Both the position numbers and the translations under genes were made by a program. This document shows, piece by piece, positions 52,281-57,535 of a stretch of DNA of 57,535 nucleotides. Each line of letters starts with the position of its first letter. Position 1 is the first letter of the stretch. The notes beneath the pieces were generated by a model that did no database searches, was not told the origin of the DNA, and worked only from the letters and a program-made list of their open reading frames with translations. The DNA is taken from IMG/VR virus record IMGVR_UViG_3300027741_000074, positions 1 through 57,535 of that record. One strand, 5' to 3'. Source of the DNA: a virus (Duplodnaviria; Caudoviricetes).

Positions 52281-52868
52281 GTGCGAAAGATCGGAAGCAA
52301 GAAACCAAAACAGACCAAAGCTCAAGTCGAAGCTGAGAAGCGTCAGGCAAGAGCAGATAAGGTAGTTCGTGCCAAGCAGCTATTTGCCGAGGGCTGGAAG
52401 AAGGTCCGCATTGCCGAAGAGTTGGGCGTTAGCTTTGACACCATATGCCGTTGGCTCGCCAATGTTTCTGCACCCACCGACGAACCTGAAAGGGAACCCT
52501 TTGAGAAGAATCTGGAAGACGTCGCCGCTAGCGTCGTAACGGATTCAAGACTCAACGCACGCGACGAAGAGCAGCAAACCCTCTTAGAAGTTGCCGAGAA
52601 TCAGGCAAGCCCTTCCGATAAGTACCAAGCCTACGTCGCCGCATCTGCAATCAAGATGCTACGCGACAACCTGATGAACGTCAGAGGTCCGAGGACTGTG
52701 CGTGAGTTGTCGGAGCTAGACCAGCTTATCCGCCGTAACTTAGGCTTGAACCCCAAAGGTGGCAGCGGTAGCAGCGGCGGTCTCTCGATTGATATTTCAA
52801 TACTCAACAATGCCAAAGCTGCAAACGGTGGGTCGAGCGTAGTTGTCGAAGCGGAAGAAATCGAGTGA
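52281..52868 (+). CDS. HTH protein, probable terminase small subunit
   Basis: HTH AKQLFAEGWKKVRIAEELGVSFDTICRWL, helical core, C-terminal IDISIL strand; adjacent to terL. Confidence 0.55.
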   Translation: MRKIGSKKPKQTKAQVEAEKRQARADKVVRAKQLFAEGWKKVRIAEELGVSFDTICRWLANVSAPTDEPEREPFEKNLEDVAASVVTDSRLNARDEEQQTLLEVAENQASPSDKYQAYVAASAIKMLRDNLMNVRGPRTVRELSELDQLIRRNLGLNPKGGSGSSGGLSIDISILNNAKAANGGSSVVVEAEEIE

Positions 52869-53368
52869 ACGACGTGCAGGTCATCGTAGGTATTGACAAC
52901 GGCGTGAGCGGTGGCTTGTGCGCTATCAGTAGCTTCGACGGATCTGTCATTGACTTCACTCCAATGCCCACTCAGAAAGTAGGTGACAAGCCTGAAGTCT
53001 ACGTCAAAGGCGTTCTGTACTGGCTTGATCAGTTCTCGCCGTTGAGCACTGCCATCGCGATTGAAGAACCACTGAGGCACGCGAAGTCCTCACAAGCCAT
53101 GAGATCCATGAGCATCTCATTTGGCAAGATCATCGGTCTCTGCGAGACGGTCCTGTATTCAACGTACAGGATACAGGTTAAGGAATGGCAGGATGTCGAG
53201 TTAGGCAAGCGTCTTGCAAAGGGGCAGACCAAAGTTGTTGCGCTTGCTAAGGCACAACAGTACTGGCCTGACGAGAACTGGCTTGCTACAAGCAGGAGCA
53301 AAGTGCCCCATGATGGAATAGTTGACTCTGCGTTAATAGCCCGATACTATCTACACCATAGACAATGA
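52865..53368 (+). CDS. RuvC-like Holliday junction resolvase
   Basis: VGIDNG, IAIEE, SFGK..G and HDGIVDSALIA motifs. Confidence 0.85.
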   Translation: MNDVQVIVGIDNGVSGGLCAISSFDGSVIDFTPMPTQKVGDKPEVYVKGVLYWLDQFSPLSTAIAIEEPLRHAKSSQAMRSMSISFGKIIGLCETVLYSTYRIQVKEWQDVELGKRLAKGQTKVVALAKAQQYWPDENWLATSRSKVPHDGIVDSALIARYYLHHRQ

Positions 53369-53598
53369 ACCGACTCTATATCATTGAAGCTCTCTCAGCA
53401 ATGCTGGAGGACATCTTCCGCCATCCAATCACGTTCCCTTACCGTGAGGAATTTGAGGCGTTCTTTGAGCCTGAAGAGTTTGATCAGTTCTGTCGAATGG
53501 TGCAGCAAGAGTTCGATCTTGAGAGTGACGCGATCATTGAATCCGCTGAAACTTTCAATGAATTGATCGCCCTCTTAGAGGACGAATTATTTTTCTGA
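53365..53598 (+). CDS. Acidic acyl-carrier-protein-like protein lacking the DSL serine
   Basis: 77 aa, very acidic, with a QQEFDL...ETFNELIALLE ACP-like C-terminal pattern. Confidence 0.4.
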   Translation: MNRLYIIEALSAMLEDIFRHPITFPYREEFEAFFEPEEFDQFCRMVQQEFDLESDAIIESAETFNELIALLEDELFF

Positions 53599-53663
53599 AA
53601 AAAAGTATTGACGGTCTGAGGCTTGTCTGGTAGTTGGTGGTGCGAAACAAAACACACCACACA

Positions 53664-53876
53664 ATGTCATTTGGAACTGGAGCAGGAAAAGGGGATTTGC
53701 CACGCGCCGTAAAGGGCAAAGCATTCCGTGCCGCATACGACAGCATCAAGAAACCTGAATCGTGGCCTTTGCTTTTAGCAAAGTTCCATGAAGCGGTGAA
53801 CAACAAAGACTCTGCGCTTGCTGAAGAGCTGCAAGCGCGGATTAAGGAACATCCGTTTTATACAGGAAAGCCATGA
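53664..53876 (+). CDS. Small hypothetical protein (GKGD.PR motif)
   Basis: MSFGTGAGKGDLPRAV...YDSI; start moved to ATG 53664. Confidence 0.55.
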   Translation: MSFGTGAGKGDLPRAVKGKAFRAAYDSIKKPESWPLLLAKFHEAVNNKDSALAEELQARIKEHPFYTGKP

Positions 53877-54064
53877 ACATAGACGAAGTACTCACTAGCC
53901 CCGAATGGAAACAAGCTATTGAAGACTCTTTAGGGTTTGATCTATCAAAAGCCAAACTTTCAGATAATTGGAAGAACCCTTTTATGGGGGTTTTACCAAA
54001 ACACGATTCTTTTAGGGGTATTGAATTGGGTGAACCTATTACAGAGTTTAAATTTTATCCTTAA
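53873..54064 (+). CDS. Hypothetical protein
   Basis: 63 aa, ATGA-coupled to the upstream gene. Confidence 0.5.
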   Translation: MNIDEVLTSPEWKQAIEDSLGFDLSKAKLSDNWKNPFMGVLPKHDSFRGIELGEPITEFKFYP

Positions 54065-54073
54065 ATAACAAAA

Positions 54074-54144
54074 CAGCGTTCGACTCGACCGAAGTCGCCC
54101 TGACCGATAAACAGGGAAACGTGCGTCGCTAACCGCACACGCTG
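54074..54144 (+). ncRNA. Candidate cloverleaf (four-way junction) RNA, not a canonical tRNA
   Basis: A CAGCGT/ACGCTG closing stem encloses three 5-bp hairpins: CGACT/AGTCG, CCCTG/CAGGG and GTGCG/CGCAC. Fully intergenic. Confidence 0.55.
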
Positions 54145-54165
54145 ACCTTCTCACCTAAAAACACT

Positions 54166-54348
54166 ATGGAAAAGAAAACCAAATCGACAGTAAACGCTGC
54201 TGGCAATTACACTAAGCCCACTATGCGTAAAGCCCTCTTTGAGAAAATCAAAGCAGGAACAAAAGGCGGCGACCCTAACGAGTGGTCCGCCCGTAAGGCA
54301 CAGCTACTCGCAACAGAGTACAAGAAAAAGGGAGGAGGTTATAAGTGA
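54166..54348 (+). CDS. Small basic protein, NYTKP...WSARKAQL...GGGY family (DUF5872-like)
   Basis: Recognisable motif string; family name recalled from memory. Confidence 0.65.
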   Translation: MEKKTKSTVNAAGNYTKPTMRKALFEKIKAGTKGGDPNEWSARKAQLLATEYKKKGGGYK

Positions 54349-54587
54349 AAGACCCACAGAAATCACTTAAAGATTGGGGCGACCAGAAATGGCGTACCTC
54401 TGACGGCAAGCCGAGTGGAGGCAAGAAGCGGTACTTACCTGATAAAGCATGGGATAAGTTAAGCGCGTCAGAGAAAGCGGCTACCAACAAAGCAAAAGCT
54501 GAAGGTAACGCCAAAGGCAAGCAGTTCGTAGCGCAGCCAAAAAGCATTGCTGAGAAAACGGCTAGACTACTAAGGAAAACAAAATGA
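54345..54587 (+). CDS. Small basic protein, QKSL..W..QKW...RYLP..AW family
   Basis: GTGA overlap with the previous gene. Confidence 0.65.
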   Translation: MKDPQKSLKDWGDQKWRTSDGKPSGGKKRYLPDKAWDKLSASEKAATNKAKAEGNAKGKQFVAQPKSIAEKTARLLRKTK

Positions 54588-54763
54588 AAGAAGCAGCAAC
54601 ATTCTTCCTAATAGGGATCTTTGCCGCTTCAATAACGCTGACTACAATGAAAGAAGTAATAACCTTTGGCCTAATCTGGATCTTCATTGCCTTAGTTACT
54701 GCTACTCTGTGGCACGCAGCAGTTGGAGGAAACGATGACGATAACTACCCACCAAAAATATGA
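54584..54763 (+). CDS. 59-aa membrane protein with an internal duplication
   Basis: MKEAATFFLIGIFAA...MKEVITFGLIWIFIA...; ATGA overlaps at both ends. Hand-translated. Confidence 0.55.
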   Translation: MKEAATFFLIGIFAASITLTTMKEVITFGLIWIFIALVTATLWHAAVGGNDDDNYPPKI

Positions 54764-55425
54764 ACACACTAGAATTCAAACCATTCCCGAAAATGGCTCG
54801 CCTCCGCCGCGATTGCCTGATTACTGAAAAAATCGACGGCACGAACGCCAGTATCTATATTTGTCACTTAGACGAACAGGACAACAGAAACATTATTGAT
54901 GCGTGGGTTAGCGATAAAGACCACAGAGCTATAGCAATGTATGCAGGAAGTCGCACCCGCTGGATTAACCCCCAAAACGATAATTTTGGATTTGCTCAAT
55001 GGGTGAAAGAAAATCAAATTGCTTTGCGCGGATTAGGCGAAGGCCATCACTTTGGCGAGTGGTGGGGCAGCGGTATCCAGCGCGGCTACGGCTTTAAGAA
55101 CGGCGAGCGATTCTTCAGCCTTTTCAATGCGGCCCGTTGGGTTGAGCATGACCAGCCAACGTATGCAATCGAGCAGGACAATCCAAAGGCAGAACCAAAA
55201 TTCACCGAACACGCGCCTGTTTGCTGCAAGGTGGTTCCTGTACTGTATGATGGATTATTCAGCACTCTTGCCGCAAGAAGTGAATTAAACCGACTTGCGG
55301 ATTTGGGCAGCGTAGCTGCACCAGAATACATGAATCCAGAAGGCATTGTAGTGTACCACAAAGCTGCCGCTACTGGATTTAAGATGACTATTAAAGATGA
55401 CGATAAACCGAAAGGCAAACAATGA
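54760..55425 (+). CDS. ATP-dependent RNA ligase (Rnl2-like nucleotidyltransferase domain)
   Basis: Motif I TEKIDGTN, III FGEWWG.GIQ, IIIa FSLFN, IV PEGIVV, V FK. Confidence 0.85.
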   Translation: MNTLEFKPFPKMARLRRDCLITEKIDGTNASIYICHLDEQDNRNIIDAWVSDKDHRAIAMYAGSRTRWINPQNDNFGFAQWVKENQIALRGLGEGHHFGEWWGSGIQRGYGFKNGERFFSLFNAARWVEHDQPTYAIEQDNPKAEPKFTEHAPVCCKVVPVLYDGLFSTLAARSELNRLADLGSVAAPEYMNPEGIVVYHKAAATGFKMTIKDDDKPKGKQ

Positions 55426-55646
55426 ACACACAATACAATAAGGTATGAAGAAAGTTAAGATCCACAAGTTATTATTCAAACAGAGTCATCAGTTAGCGCA
55501 TCAAGATATAGACTATTTGTAGCAAAGACCGATTATGATCATGCAATCAAACGGATCAAAAGGCTTGAAGCCGTGCTTGAAGCAAAGCTAGAATCCGAAG
55601 ATGCTTTTTGGACACGATATGCTCCAGCAGAATTCACATCTACTTT

Positions 55647-56273
55647 ATGAACACACAATACAACGACCCCAAAGGCGCAGCAGGCGCACTTAAAACGCCA
55701 TTAGGCTTAATCCCCTCCTACGCAATGGAGCAAACCGCGTGGGTACATAAGTTAGGCGCAGAAAAATACGGTCCTTTCAACTGGCGTAAAACTGGAGTAT
55801 GTGCCAGCACCTACGTCAACGCTATCTTGCGACACCTTAACGCATGGCGTGACGGCGAAACAGTCGATCCTGAATCTGGCATCAGCCATCTGGCACACGT
55901 TGCCTGTAGCTGTAACATCTTACTTGATGCAGGTTTCTGCGGCACGTTGCAGGATGATCGGAACATTACGCCGCCCAATACGGCTGCGAGTAAAATGGAT
56001 AAGCCTATGCCGATTCAGCATACAGAGTACAGGCTTCTTGAGGTAGGAGAGATTGTACAAGAAGGCGATCAGTTCTATGCGGAACCAGTAGATGAATGGT
56101 TCTTTACACATGTTGGGCATATGTCGATTCGCAATACTGGTGAGGCAAAGTACCGCCGCAAAGTGGAAGCGAACGAGCCTGATCTCTGCACTTGCGGCAG
56201 GATCAAAGTTTACCACTTCATGTTTGGCTTAATCTGCGAAGACTGCGAAATTCAATGGCAAGATCCCTATTGA
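55647..56273 (+). CDS. dATP/dGTP diphosphohydrolase-domain (DUF5664-like) protein with a C-terminal extension
   Basis: K..LGLIP...GAEKYG.FNWR...AILRHL.AW..GE..DPESG.SHLAH.AC. Start moved to ATG 55647. Confidence 0.8.
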   Translation: MNTQYNDPKGAAGALKTPLGLIPSYAMEQTAWVHKLGAEKYGPFNWRKTGVCASTYVNAILRHLNAWRDGETVDPESGISHLAHVACSCNILLDAGFCGTLQDDRNITPPNTAASKMDKPMPIQHTEYRLLEVGEIVQEGDQFYAEPVDEWFFTHVGHMSIRNTGEAKYRRKVEANEPDLCTCGRIKVYHFMFGLICEDCEIQWQDPY

Positions 56274-56310
56274 TTTTACTGCACACTAAAACCACTAATT
56301 TTACTGACCA

Positions 56311-56682
56311 ATGAGAATACCAGATCCCATTAAGATTAAAGGCCATTACGGCACGCACACCTGTACAGCGATCCCGCTTTCGGATTCACTGTTCCAGCTA
56401 AAATTTGAAGGCTATGGAGATGTTGTTCGTTGTGGCGGATTTGCCGACGACCCAACAGGCAAACAGGGCTTGAGCTACATTGATCCAGCAGGAGGACCAT
56501 TTATCGGTGTCGGCTCCATTGCACAGAAGTACCATAATGATTTGCCGAACCGCCGCATTAAACGGATTGTAAGCAACGAAGGCGCAACGCTTATCCATGT
56601 TGAGTCCGTTGACGATGATCTGGATGAGCCGTTGGGCGAAGCCTGTGCGCTTACTGATCCTGACTGCGAAAGCTGCCAATAA
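56311..56682 (+). CDS. Hypothetical protein with a C-terminal ACALTDPDCESCQ tail
   Basis: 123 aa; contains an IDPAGGPFI.VG motif. Confidence 0.65.
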   Translation: MRIPDPIKIKGHYGTHTCTAIPLSDSLFQLKFEGYGDVVRCGGFADDPTGKQGLSYIDPAGGPFIGVGSIAQKYHNDLPNRRIKRIVSNEGATLIHVESVDDDLDEPLGEACALTDPDCESCQ

Positions 56683-56847
56683 GAAAATAATTTGAAATTT
56701 TTCTTGCGCTATGCTGGCAAAAGAACTATGACTGATTCCGTTGGTGCTGTTGTGGGCGTGGCCCGTCCCACAATGTAAAGGTTCCATGCTCCTCCAAACT
56801 AGCAGAAAGTCAACGGGCCGCCACTCTACTAAAACCGAAACACAAGC

Positions 56848-57039
56848 ATGAAAATAACATTAACACTCTGGGATGACCAGACCGAAAGCACTGAGGAGCC
56901 TAACTCGTCACTTTGGATCATGAAACTCAATGGGGTAGATTTTCCAGAGGGAAAAAACTCACTTATGACATTGGATGTTGCCCATAAAATCGTCACAAAA
57001 CTAATGGAAATTGAGGAAATAGCTTACCAAGAATTATGA
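56848..57039 (+). CDS. Hypothetical protein
   Basis: 63 aa with an A/C-rich leader. Confidence 0.55.
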   Translation: MKITLTLWDDQTESTEEPNSSLWIMKLNGVDFPEGKNSLMTLDVAHKIVTKLMEIEEIAYQEL

Positions 57040-57293
57040 AAAAAGAATACTGGATAATTGATACCGATCCCAGCCATGGTACAACAAATACTCGTGAAGC
57101 TATCGGCCCATACCCATCAAAAAAAGCAGCAGAGACAGCCGCTCTGAATGACATCCGTGACGTGTGGCATGAAAGTTGCACCTGCCTTAAAACTGATACC
57201 CAAACCGATTGGTGCGCTCCATTGCTCATCGTTGAGGTACTACGATCAGTCTTACCAAAAATCACCGCAAAAATCGAACTTGTAGACGCATGA
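57036..57293 (+). CDS. Hypothetical protein
   Basis: 85 aa, ATGA-coupled to the upstream gene. Confidence 0.55.
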   Translation: MKKEYWIIDTDPSHGTTNTREAIGPYPSKKAAETAALNDIRDVWHESCTCLKTDTQTDWCAPLLIVEVLRSVLPKITAKIELVDA

Positions 57294-57535
57294 ACAAAGA
57301 AAACGCATACTTATACCTGCCACTTGTGCAGGCATTGGCAGATGGGAAAACAATCCAACACAGTCCTTATGATGGAAGGTGGGACGATGTTGAAGAAGAT
57401 ATATCTTTTTGGGATGAGCTAAAACATTACCGAATCAAGCCAGAACCGCGCACGTTTGTAATATACATCAACAAACATACCCATCAAATTTGCCATCAAA
57501 ATCGAAGCGATTCAAATTGGGAACGCATCACAGTG
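57290..57535 (+). CDS. Phage protein with A.A.GK.IQ...W...YRIKP motif, 3'-truncated
   Basis: MNKENAYLYLPLVQALADGKTIQ...HYRIKPEP, open to the window end. Confidence 0.6.
   Translation, partial: MNKENAYLYLPLVQALADGKTIQHSPYDGRWDDVEEDISFWDELKHYRIKPEPRTFVIYINKHTHQICHQNRSDSNWERITV

Noticed and set aside
54074-54147. Canonical tRNA gene
   Set aside because: 6-bp acceptor-like stem, 9-nt anticodon-position loop, no TTCRA T-loop and no D-loop GG. Kept only as a tRNA-like candidate.
1-57535. Alternative genetic code, integrase/lysogeny module, or diversity-generating retroelement
   Set aside because: Genes are long and densely packed under the standard code with all three stops in use. No recombinase, repressor pair or reverse transcriptase motifs were seen.

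Overview
This window is most of a tailed dsDNA phage genome (Caudoviricetes, podovirus-like gene set), linearised inside its replication region; both ends cut genes. It has four transcription blocks. (1) + strand 52281-57535, probably continuing into 1-6316: TerS-like HTH protein, RuvC-like resolvase, RNA ligase, dATP/dGTP diphosphohydrolase-like protein, SNF2-type helicase end, DUF2800/Cas4-like nuclease, SSB-like protein, family A DNA polymerase and primase-SF3 helicase. (2) - strand 6313-23812: portal, scaffold, major capsid, holin-like peptides, amidase and tail genes. (3) + strand 24115-34098: an early/accessory region of small genes separated by repeated hairpins, followed by an M28 peptidase and an AAA+/VWA-metallopeptidase module. 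(4) - strand 34080-52213: terminase large subunit and putative internal virion proteins, including a 4229-aa protein. I found no integrase, RNA polymerase, canonical tRNA or CRISPR array. The most unusual signals are non-coding: a covarying two-state RNA hairpin repeated at four consecutive early-gene junctions; a second hairpin motif that marks other early genes and reappears as one arm of a tRNA-sized cloverleaf near the RNA ligase gene; a ~130-bp inverted-iteron element present twice, 27 kb apart; CCTG-heptamer arrays; and a regular set of sigma70-type promoters that would give leaderless late mRNAs. All protein calls come from motif recognition by eye; no searches were run.
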